Made by a program: the position numbers and the translations under genes
Assembly (NCBI GenBank): GCA_965203275.1
Contig: OZ241865.1
Location: 1 to 64,000 of the forward strand
DNA from: Bdellovibrionales bacterium
GTDB lineage: Bacteria > Bdellovibrionota > Bdellovibrionia > Bdellovibrionales > JAUICD01
Length of the DNA: 64,000 nt
Direction: 5' to 3'
Notes under the pieces: model-generated
The model's input: the letters and a program-made list of their open reading frames with translations, nothing else
The model's database searches: none
What the model was told of the DNA's origin: nothing
In this document: in pieces, positions 1 through 8,852 of the stretch
Layout: every line of letters starts with the position of its first letter
How positions within the stretch are numbered: the first letter of the stretch is position 1

Positions 1-311
<311 letters not shown>

Positions 312-345
312 GCATAAAAGATTGTACATATTGCCATATAGTTTT

Positions 346-957
346 TTATATTAAAAGAGACTGTAGGTGTGAGGTGAGTTTTTGTTGAACTTCTTTAAAG
401 TCAACATCCTGCATAAAATCTGTTAAACCAGTCATAATATCTTGAGAGAAGCCACAAGGGTTAAAACGACCATAGTCTAAAAATTCATTTTTAAAATTAA
501 AAGCCAATCCATGATACGAAATCCATTTTTTGACACCAATGCCAATGGATGCTATTTTTTTATGAACTTGCTTGCCAACCCAAACACCTGTTGCTCCTGA
601 CTTACAATAAGACGATATATTATAATCTTTGAGTGTATTGACCACTGTTACTTCTAGATTTCTTAAAATTTTATGTGTATCATAATTTCTTTTTCTTAAA
701 TCTAAAATAGGGTAGACGATGATTTGTCCAGGTCCATGAAAAGTAACTCCACCGCCTCTTTGAACTTTTACAATCTCTCCATCCCATTGTTGAATATCCT
801 TTACAGTAGCAGAACGTCCTATAGTTAAAACAGGTGGATGAGAGCAAAGGATCAGAGTTTCATTGGATTTTTGATAATAGACTTTTTCTAGCATTTCTAT
901 TTGAAAGTCTAGAGCTTTTTTGTAAGGGATTAAACCTAGATCTATTAGTTCAAGCAT
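346..957 (-). CDS. lipB: Octanoyltransferase LipB
   Basis: HPPVLTIG, RGGGVTFHGPGQ, KIASIG, HGLAFN, PCG motifs. Confidence 0.95.
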   Translation of the reverse strand: MLELIDLGLIPYKKALDFQIEMLEKVYYQKSNETLILCSHPPVLTIGRSATVKDIQQWDGEIVKVQRGGGVTFHGPGQIIVYPILDLRKRNYDTHKILRNLEVTVVNTLKDYNISSYCKSGATGVWVGKQVHKKIASIGIGVKKWISYHGLAFNFKNEFLDYGRFNPCGFSQDIMTGLTDFMQDVDFKEVQQKLTSHLQSLLI

Positions 958-968
958 ATTCGGTTCTT

Positions 969-2010
969 TTCACTCAAAATGAGCCACACCTCTGGTGTGT
1001 TTTTGGGCATTGCTCTGACAGCTTACGCTGTCCAAAAAGAGCAATGCCGCAAAAAACTGCTCATTTTGAGTAGGGAGGATCTCCTCATTTCTTTACACCA
1101 TGTTAAGGAAAAAGTTCAGTTTTAGGGCCTGTTGCCGGGTTGCCGGATCCCGGATCCCGGATCCCGGATAAAATCAAATTTAATTTTAAGTATTTTTACA
1201 CAGTTTGTATAAAAAAGCACCTAATTTGGTTCACTAAAAGTGGTCTAGCCTCTGTTTCCCTAAAATTGAACTAGCCGTTTGGTTCACTCAAAATGCATCA
1301 TGCCTCTGGCATGTTTTTGGGCAATGACCGCAATGGCTTTCGCCATTGGCAAAATGGTCATTACCTCAAAAATCTATGCATTTTGAGTAGAGGAGGATCT
1401 CTTCGTTTTTTTACTCCATGTTAAGGAAAACATCCTTCTAATGGGTAGCCCGACGGCTGTCGCCGTCGATCAAAGGCTAACTGCCTCATTTGATTTGCAC
1501 TAAAAGTAAACTAGCCTCTGGTCACTTTTGGGTTGCCAGCCGAAGGCTATCGCCTTCTTATCTTTTTCACTAAAAATAAACCAGCCTCTGGCTGTTTTTG
1601 GGCATTGCTCTGACAGCTATCGCTGTCCAAAAAGAGCAATGCCTCAAAAATCCGTTTATTTTTAGTAGGGAAGGATCTCTTCGTCCTTTAACATGATGTT
1701 AAGGAAAAATTCCTTCATCACCAATGGCAACCTAGAAAGCTTGACCACTTTTAGTAGGGAGGATCTCTTCGTTTTTTAACTCCATGTTAAGGAGTTTGTT
1801 TCACTTGAAATGAACCACACCTCTGGTGTGTTTTTTGGTGTTGCCTGCAAAGGCTTACGCCTTTGACAAAATAGGCAACACCTAAAAAATCTGTTCATTT
1901 CAAGTAGGGAAGGATCCCTTCGTTTTTTAACTCCATGTTAAGGAAAAAGTTCAGTTTTAGGGCCTGTTGCCGGGATGCTAGATCCCGGATCCCAGATAAA
2001 CATCGTGTTG
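969..2010 (+). repeat. Cluster of ~140-bp branched-hairpin elements with heptamer tails
   Basis: Full units start TTCAC at 969, 1283, 1566 and 1800 and end ATGTTAAGGAA. Nested fragments lie between them. CCGGATC arrays at ~1133-1170 and ~1968-1997. Confidence 0.95.
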
Positions 2011-2059
2011 GAAAAAAGTAGGAATATATATTCCTAATAATGCAGTTATTAAAGCAAGT

Positions 2060-2452
2060 TTATTTACAGATTTGGTGAACTTCTTCTTCTGATAAGCCAG
2101 TAATTTCACAAACTTCTTGAATGGTCATGTTTTTTTCAATAAGTTTAAGAGCCACCTCTTGCCGACCTTCTTGTCGACCCTCGGCGATACCTTCCTGCCG
2201 ACCCTCAGCGATACCTTCCTGCCGACCTTTAGCTAAACCTTCTAATAAACCTCTTTTAACCATTGGTATATATGCACCCATCTTACCTCCTTCTACTTTG
2301 ACTAATTTACTATCCTTATCTGAAGCTAATTTCAAACATCTATTGAAAAAATCCAAATCTATTTTTGGATTTCTACGATATAAATGATATTGAACTGCTG
2401 ATAATATTATATCTTGATTATTCACTCCATGCAACCCTTTAAACAATTTCAC
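2060..2452 (-). pseudogene. 5'-truncated Rpn/YhgA-like (PD-(D/E)XK 'transposase') gene retaining the C-terminal region; probable small ORF 2281-2060
   Basis: EGRQEG repeats plus terminal HTH (IQEVCEITGLSEEEV). The GTG 'start' is the repeat end. GAAGGAGGTAAG-ATG at 2281. Confidence 0.75.
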
Positions 2453-3260
2453 TAAAAGTAAACCAACCTCTGGTTGCTTTTGGGCATTGCTCTGACAGCT
2501 ATACGCTGTCTAAAAAGAGCAATGCCTCAAAAGTCCGTTTACTTTTAGTAGGCAGGATCCTTTCCTTTTTTAACAAGATGTTAAGGAAACAAGATGTTCC
2601 TTTTTTTGTTTTTTTATTCTCTTTTAGATTCTGCGTAACTTTCAAAAAAGCAGTAATTAGGGAGGAGGATAGGGCAGTGGGAGACTGAATGAGTTGGTTC
2701 ACTAAAAGTGGTCTTTTTCACTAAAAATAAACCAGCCGTCATTTTCACTAAAAGTAAACTAGCCTCTGGCTACTTTTGGGCAATGACCGCAAAGGCTTTC
2801 GCCTTTGACAAAATGGTCATTGCCTCAAAAGCCTGACCACTTTTAGTAGGAAGGATCCCTTCGTCCCTTAACTCCATGTTAAGGAAAAAGTTCTTTCTTA
2901 CACCTTTTGGCTCACGCCGTCGATCAAAGGCTGGCTACCTCAAAAGTCCGTTTACTTTTAGTAGAAAGGATCTCCTTGTCTCTTAACACGATGTTAAGGA
3001 AACAAGAAGTTCATTTCTCTGTATTTTCTAAAAGATGGAAAAAAGGTATTTAAAAATTGGAAATCCAGTGATTCTAGCTAGTTTGTTTCACTCAAAATAA
3101 ATCATGCCTCTGTTTCCCTAAAATTGAACTAGCCTCTGGTTGCTTTTGGGCGATGACTACGACGACTGTCGTCGTCGATAAAATGGTCATCGCCTCAAAA
3201 GTCCGTTTACTTTTAGTAAGGAGGATCCCTTCTTTTTTTAATACCATGTTAGGGAAACAA
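2448..3260 (+). repeat. Hairpin-element cluster
   Basis: Units at 2448, 2744 and ~3113 plus stacked left-end fragments. Confidence 0.93.
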
Positions 3261-3323
3261 GGTGTTCGTTTCTCTGGATTTCTTTGAAAAGGTAGAGAAT
3301 TTGGGTTTAAAAATTAGATTTTC

Positions 3324-3736
3324 AGTGATTTCAGCTATTTAATACTGTGACTTTTGTATAAAAGTTACAGTATTAAGTGTTTGTAATTGTTAGACTTTTT
3401 TAGGTCGACTTTAGAAATTTCTAATTTTTCGTCTAACACAATTCTTATCGTTTATTATGACATAAAACTTTATATTTTTGTTAAAAAAAATCAAAAAAAG
3501 TGACATTTTGTATCAAAAAGAATCACTTTTTTTAATTTTTGTATCATCTTGAAACACTTTACTAATCTTAAAGACATAAGATCAGAAAAATAAGTAGCGA
3601 TTTTTAATTCTTGTTTTATAACTTTTGTTTTGTTTGATTTTTCAAAACAATTTTCTTGCAAAAAACTGTCTGTTTTTTACTCTTTCAAATTGTGACTTTT
3701 ATACAAAAGTTACAGTGCTAAGTCCTTGAAATCACT
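3324..3736. promoter_or_regulatory. AT-rich segment bounded by ~46-bp imperfect inverted repeats, upstream of pilin 1
   Basis: AGTGATTTCA..ACTGTGACTTTTGTATAAAAGTTACA versus TGTGACTTTTATACAAAAGTTACAGT..TGAAATCACT; near-identical copy at 8082-8493. Confidence 0.6.
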
Positions 3737-3754
3737 AGGTCGTTTAGGATGGGT

Positions 3755-3965
3755 TCATTAAAAGTGGCCAGAAGCTGGTTTACTTTTAGTGAAAAGGAAA
3801 TCAATAGAAGGAAATCTTTTTCCTTAACATGTGGTTAAGAGAGAAGGATATCCTTCCTACTCAAAATAAATAATTTTTCTAGGCAGTTAGCCTTTCATCG
3901 ACGGCGGTAGCCGTCAGGCTAACTGCCAGAAAACATGCCAGAGGCATGATTTATTTTGAGTGAAT
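3755..3965 (-). repeat. Hairpin element (reverse) ending just before the pilin RBS
   Basis: TTCCTTAACAT...TTTTGAGTGAA, then GGAGG and ATG at 3984. Confidence 0.9.
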
Positions 3966-3983
3966 TAAACCGTGGAGGTTATT

Positions 3984-4724
3984 ATGGAACGTTTAATTAA
4001 GAATCAAAAAGGTTTTAGTTTAATTGAATTAATGGTCGTCGTGGCTATTATTGGAATTCTGGCCGCTGTGGCTATTCCAAACTATCAACAGTTTCAACGT
4101 AGAGCTATCCAAACAGAAGCAAAAGCTAAGTTAGGTGCTTTATATGTAGCTGAAACTACATTTATAAATGAGTGGGGATCCGGTACTACGAATCTTGAAT
4201 TATTAGGTTATGATCAAAAGGGAGATGCAAGTTATTATATTGTAGGATGGCATGCTAGTGATAATGTAGAAGGTGGTACAATAAAACCGAATAACTCAAC
4301 AACAGCTAGACCTACGGGTTATAGAGGTCCACTTCCAAGTGCAACCACTACAGTGAATACTCATACTTTTCAACCAGGAAGTCATAACAAGATGGCTTAT
4401 TCTGCACCTACAAATCTTCAAATAGCTGGAGCTTTGGAAAGAGTTGGAAGTTGTGGAAACAGTTCTGGTCATACTGGATGTTGTGCTGCCAATACAACAT
4501 ATCCAACTTGTAGTGATGCGAGTCCTCTTCCTTCTACTTGTACAGGCGGAAGTTGTACTTCTGCAAAGCCAGTTGCAAATACAGGCATTAGAAACGTAAG
4601 TTTCACTATAGGGGCAAGTGGAGTGATTGATGGTTCTACTGAGGTAGGAACAGCCGGAGCAAATTTAGATCGATGGACTATAACTCAAGAGAAGACTTTA
4701 GTAAACTCACAGACAGGACTTTAA
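3984..4724 (+). CDS. Type IV pilin (PilA-like) 1
   Basis: KG|FSLIELMVVVAIIGILAAVAIP prepilin motif; GGAGG RBS before ATG 3984; Cys-rich insert. Confidence 0.93.
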   Translation: MERLIKNQKGFSLIELMVVVAIIGILAAVAIPNYQQFQRRAIQTEAKAKLGALYVAETTFINEWGSGTTNLELLGYDQKGDASYYIVGWHASDNVEGGTIKPNNSTTARPTGYRGPLPSATTTVNTHTFQPGSHNKMAYSAPTNLQIAGALERVGSCGNSSGHTGCCAANTTYPTCSDASPLPSTCTGGSCTSAKPVANTGIRNVSFTIGASGVIDGSTEVGTAGANLDRWTITQEKTLVNSQTGL

Positions 4725-4754
4725 ACATAATCCTTTAATTTTAAAGTTTAAGCA

Positions 4755-4830
4755 TGATGGAGCATAAAGGCCGTTTGCTACGGCCCTTATGTTCTTTTTA
4801 ACAATAAGGGTTTAACGGCCCTTTTGTTTT
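4755..4830 (+). terminator. Two tandem rho-independent terminator-like hairpins
   Basis: GAGCATAAAGGCCG..CGGCCCTTATGTTC+T-tract and AAGGGTTTAACGGCCCTT+TTGTTTT. Confidence 0.7.
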
Positions 4831-4870
4831 AGTTTTATTAATTTTTAACCAAACCATAAGGGGGTGAATT

Positions 4871-5200
4871 ATGCCAGTACCTATTTTAATACCAGTTTTC
4901 GTGGGGGGAATTATTGTCGGTGTAGTTTCTTATAAATCCTTAGATACAGCTTATGAGCATGGTGTAAAAGAAGGATTGAGACGAGCAAAAGGCAAGAAGC
5001 CTATAAAATTTGCTGAAAACAAAAAGCTATTGAAAGAACTTAAAAAGATGGGAATGACAATACAGGATACTGTTAATCTCTTATTAAATGCTAAAAATGG
5101 AAACATAGAGGAGCTTAAAAAAGATGCTCAAAAACTTATAGCTAGCAAACCTAAAAAATCTAAGAAGCTTGAGAAAAGGTCTAAAAGGAAAAAAACTTAA
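4871..5200 (+). CDS. Hypothetical protein, N-terminal TM, basic
   Basis: 109 aa, GGGGG RBS, hydrophobic N-terminus. Confidence 0.7.
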   Translation: MPVPILIPVFVGGIIVGVVSYKSLDTAYEHGVKEGLRRAKGKKPIKFAENKKLLKELKKMGMTIQDTVNLLLNAKNGNIEELKKDAQKLIASKPKKSKKLEKRSKRKKT

Positions 5201-5237
5201 TCTCTCTTTTGTTTTAACTAACTTAAGGATGTAAAAT

Positions 5238-5426
5238 ATGGAAACATTATATACCTATGTTTTAATCTTACTTTTATGTGCTTGTTTTTGTTTTGCTCTT
5301 TATAAGGACCATAAGAAATATAAAGGAGAGCAGTTTAAAATATATGCTTATGCTTTTTTAAACTTCTTATTTGTGGCCTTTGTGACAGGTTGTACAAAAG
5401 TTTTAATCTTATTCGGATCTAGATAA
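5238..5426 (+). CDS. Small 2-TM hypothetical protein
   Basis: 62 aa, AAGGA RBS, two hydrophobic stretches. Confidence 0.6.
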   Translation: METLYTYVLILLLCACFCFALYKDHKKYKGEQFKIYAYAFLNFLFVAFVTGCTKVLILFGSR

Positions 5427-5486
5427 AAAGCTTATTTAAGGGCTTAACCGCCCTTTTGTTTTATCCAAACTAAAAGGAAAGAAAGT

Positions 5487-5777
5487 ATGGACAAAGCCGT
5501 GGAAATTTTAGCTTTAATATTGGTTTTAATGGCCGTCGCTTTATCAACATTTGTATATTTTTTTATGTTGCCTTTTGAATTGGCATTTGGCTTTTTAGGA
5601 CCGATCATCAGTAAGATTATCGGGTTTTCAATAAGTATGTATTTTTTGTATATATTTTTTGCTTACGACAAAAAACTAGAGATATTTGCCTTATATGTAT
5701 GCTTATATCTAACTTTGTTTCTTATGAGTTATGTGATGATATTTCTTATGGGTATTGTATCTAAAATAAAATCATAA
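5487..5777 (+). CDS. Small membrane protein, paralog of 10193-10534
   Basis: MDK...PF...FLGPI...G...YF.Y.F shared with the 10193 ORF. Confidence 0.7.
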   Translation: MDKAVEILALILVLMAVALSTFVYFFMLPFELAFGFLGPIISKIIGFSISMYFLYIFFAYDKKLEIFALYVCLYLTLFLMSYVMIFLMGIVSKIKS

Positions 5778-5832
5778 AAGGGCTTAACGGCCCTTTTGTT
5801 TTAACTAAATTAAAAGAAAGCGGGGTAGCCTT

Positions 5833-6162
5833 ATGTTTTTTAACAATAAAAAAATTTTTAAAAGCACAAAACAAAAATATAATATTATTTATTTTGATTT
5901 GATTATGTTGTTAGCTTTGGATGGAATAGATCCGGAAAAAGTACTTGAGGCACTTATCAAAGACCCAGGACGAATAGAGGATGTTGTAGAACATTATAAA
6001 AAGATTAACTTAAAATCTACCAAAGAGAAAAGAGAAGAGCATTATTATAGAATCCTTCAATGGACAATGCTTTCTCTTTTAGAAGACGGGTTTGATGTTT
6101 CAGAGTTCCTTAAAGAACATTTGGATAACATAAAAAAAATAATGAACAAAAGGGCATCATAA
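5833..6162 (+). CDS. Hypothetical protein
   Basis: 109 aa helical, charged ORF behind the repeated hairpin leader. Confidence 0.65.
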   Translation: MFFNNKKIFKSTKQKYNIIYFDLIMLLALDGIDPEKVLEALIKDPGRIEDVVEHYKKINLKSTKEKREEHYYRILQWTMLSLLEDGFDVSEFLKEHLDNIKKIMNKRAS

Positions 6163-6184
6163 AGAAAGCAGAAAAGGAGAGATT

Positions 6185-6547
6185 ATGTGGTATTTTAGTA
6201 AAAAGAAAGAAACACCAAGCGTTTATGATGATTTTCATACAATAATTAACACTAAAGAGGAAGACCTAGAAGGTTTAAATGCCGAAGAATTGCTCTTACT
6301 TCTAAGAAACACAATGTCTGTGCAACGTGCAATAAAAGACTATGTCATAAAAATAGGATATAATCCTATAAAATATTATGAGAACTGGATTACCATCATG
6401 ATGTTTGAAGGGAAGGAAAAGCCAGGGAATTTATTAGAGGTTATGGCTTGTACTCGTCTATATATGGCCGTTAGAGATGTACAACAGCTTGGTAAAGACC
6501 CTGTTAAATTAGCTGAGCTAGCTATAAAACCACTTGATAAGAAATAG
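6185..6547 (+). CDS. Hypothetical protein
   Basis: 120 aa, AAGGAG RBS. Confidence 0.7.
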   Translation: MWYFSKKKETPSVYDDFHTIINTKEEDLEGLNAEELLLLLRNTMSVQRAIKDYVIKIGYNPIKYYENWITIMMFEGKEKPGNLLEVMACTRLYMAVRDVQQLGKDPVKLAELAIKPLDKK

Positions 6548-6591
6548 AAGAAATAGTATCTTAATATAACAAATATTGAGGCATTATAACT

Positions 6592-6729
6592 TTGGAAAAT
6601 GTCAAACAATATGTAGCTTATTATAGAGTATCAACATCAAGGCAAACTATTGGCTTACAAACTCAAGAGACAATGGTTAAAGCCTATCTTAAAGATCAAT
6701 TCTCATTAAGTCTTGAATTTGACAGTTGA
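6592..6729 (+). pseudogene. Serine recombinase (resolvase/invertase) N-terminal remnant
   Basis: Manual translation from TTG 6592: ENVKQYVAYYRVSTSRQTIGLQTQ (YxRVST catalytic-Ser motif); stops after 45 codons. Confidence 0.75.
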
Positions 6730-7089
6730 TTTGCGAATGCAGATATCTTTTTTGAGAATATTTTATTTATAGGTATTAGAGGATTTTGATTTTTAAATTT
6801 CTTCAAAACTTGTAGTAAGACAAATTTTTGTAAATTTTTATCAATAAAGTCTTGATATAGAAAGCTATACATTATTGAGTAAAATGATGATGAAAAATGA
6901 TGTAAAACATGAGAAGCCTAAAAATAAAGGGAAGGGGAAGATGAAATTTCAGATGAATAAATTAATGATTTCCCCTAAATTAAAAAGCTTACAGTAAAAA
7001 AAGCTCACATTCTAGTGGCACAAAATCTTATTACGCTTATAACCTACTGAAATCTCACAGCTTTATTTTTTCAGGCTATCAAACTCAGG
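6712..7089. mobile_element. Non-autonomous IS1634-like remnant (clear right end, possible left end)
   Basis: 7010-7089 matches the right end of the IS at 51680-51756 (...CAGGCTATCAAACTCAGG). CTTGAATTTGACAG at 6712 is an 11/14 inverted match. Confidence 0.6.
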
Positions 7090-7543
7090 ACTTACTTTTT
7101 AGCTTTAAAATATGATCTTGAGATAAACCTGTCACCTGAGAGATTAAAGCAATATTCATATTCTCTTTTAACATATTGTGTGCAACTAATTCCATACCCT
7201 TTTCCATACCTTCTTGCCGACCCTCAGCGATACCTTCTTGTCGACCCTCAGCGATACCTTCTTGCCGACCCTCAGCGATACCCTCTTGTCGACCCTCGGC
7301 GATACCTTCTTGCCGACCTTTAGCTAAACCTTCTAATAAGCCTCTTTTAACCATTGGTATATATGCACCCATCTTACCTCCTTCTACTTTGACTAATTTA
7401 CTATCCTTATCTGAAGCTAATTTCAAACATCTATTGAAAAAATCCAAATCTATTTTTGGATTTCTACGATATAAATGATATTGAACTGCTGATAATATTA
7501 TATCTTGATTATTCACTCCATGCAACCCTTTAAACAATTTCAC
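7085..7543 (-). pseudogene. Second truncated Rpn-family gene; probable small ORF 7372-7085
   Basis: 5' part essentially identical to the 2060-2452 copy, more EGIAEGRQ repeats, different terminal HTH. Confidence 0.75.
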
Positions 7544-8015
7544 TAAAAGTAAACCAACCTCTGTTTCCCTAAAATTGAACTAGCCGTTTGGTTCACTCAA
7601 AATGCATCATGCCTCTGGCATGTTTTTGGGCAATGACCGCAATGGCTTTCGCCATTGGCAAAATGGTCATTACCTCAAAAATCTATGCATTTTGAGTAGA
7701 GGAGGATCTCTTCGTTTTTTGACCACATGTTAAGGAAAATATCCTTTTAATGGCACTTAGCCCAACGGCTTATCGCCGTTGATCAAAGGCTAACTGCCTA
7801 GAAAATCCATTTATTTTGAGTAGAGAGGATCCTTTTTTCTCTTAACACCATATTAAGGAAAAAGTTCATTTTAAACCCGCCAAGGACTCAGGAGGAAATT
7901 TTTTAGATGAAAAAATTCATTACGATCAATCTTCTAGAAACTGACTGCCGGGTTGCCGGATGCCGGATCCCGGATCCCAAATTCCGGATCCCGGATGAAA
8001 ATCATGTTAGGGGAA
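7539..8015 (+). repeat. Hairpin-element cluster with linker and heptamer tail
   Basis: Stacked left ends at 7539 and 7565, full unit at 7592, CCGGATC array at ~7947-7996. Confidence 0.93.
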
Positions 8016-8081
8016 CAAGACGTTCGTTTCTCTGGATTTCTTTGAAAAGGTAGAGAATTTAGGTTTAAAAATTAGAAATTA

Positions 8082-8493
8082 AGTGATTTCAATAAGTTAA
8101 TACTGTGACTTTTGTATAAAAGTTACAGTATTAAGTGTTTGTAATCGTTAGACTTTTTTAGGTCGACTTTAGAAATTTCTAATTTTTCGTCTAACACAAT
8201 TCTTATCGTTTATTATGACATAAAACTTTATATTTTTGTTAAAAAAAATCAAAAAAAGTGACATTTTGTATCAAAAAGAATCACTTTTTTGAATTTTTGT
8301 ATCATCTTGAAACACTTGACCAATCTTAAAAACATAAGATCAGCAAAATGAGCAATGATTTTTCATTGGTGTTTTATAACTTTTGATTTGTTTGATTTTT
8401 CAAAACAATTTTCTTGCAAAAATTTGCCTGTTTTTTACTCTTTCAAATTGTGACTTTTATACAAAAGTTACAGTGCTAAGTCATTGAAATCAC
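8082..8493. promoter_or_regulatory. Second copy of the inverted-repeat-bounded segment, upstream of pilin 2
   Basis: Near-identical to 3324-3736. Confidence 0.6.
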
Positions 8494-8511
8494 TAGGTCG
8501 TTTAGGTTTGT

Positions 8512-8712
8512 TTCACTAAAAGTGGTCTAGCCTCTGGCTACTTTCTGGTTGCCAGCCGAAGGCTATTCGCCTTCTTAAATGCTGGCAACCTAGAAAGCCT
8601 GACCACTTTTAGTAATGAGGATCCCTTCGTTTTTTAACACAATGTTAGGGAAAAAGTTTTTTTTGATGCCGGGTTGCCGGTTTACCGGATCCCGGATGGA
8701 CATCGTGTTAAG
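8512..8712 (+). repeat. Hairpin element with heptamer tail
   Basis: ACTAAAAGTGGTC...GACCACTTTTAGT unit. Confidence 0.93.
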
Positions 8713-8852
8713 TAAAGAGGAGGAAGGAAGGGTTAGGTGGAGTTGAGCATTTAAGGGATACAAACAAGCCTGACTAAAAGGTAAAAGAGGATGGTTTAAG
8801 ATGCTATCCATAAATTTTTTAATATCATTTTAACAATATAAGGGGGTTTAAA

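Noticed and set aside
834..1073. Short ORFs within element clusters (also 2499, 8590, 35782, 44321, 54925)
   Set aside because: Chance translations of repeats and heptamer arrays, with no RBS or conserved frame.
969..2010. CRISPR array interpretation of the repeat clusters
   Set aside because: No constant repeat with unique spacers, units are ~140 bp and nested, and no cas genes are present.
2121..2387. SCRPSAIP-repeat ORFs (also 7176-7478 and 10851-11087)
   Set aside because: Antisense shadows of the Rpn EGRQEG repeats.
3820..3965. Hammerhead ribozyme, tRNA or group II intron domain V identity for the element
   Set aside because: No CUGANGA core, no tRNA T-loop or CCA, and no domain V catalytic triad pattern on either strand.
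4725..6547. Classical integron
   Set aside because: No intI tyrosine recombinase, and the leaders lack RYYYAAC/GTTRRRY attC ends.
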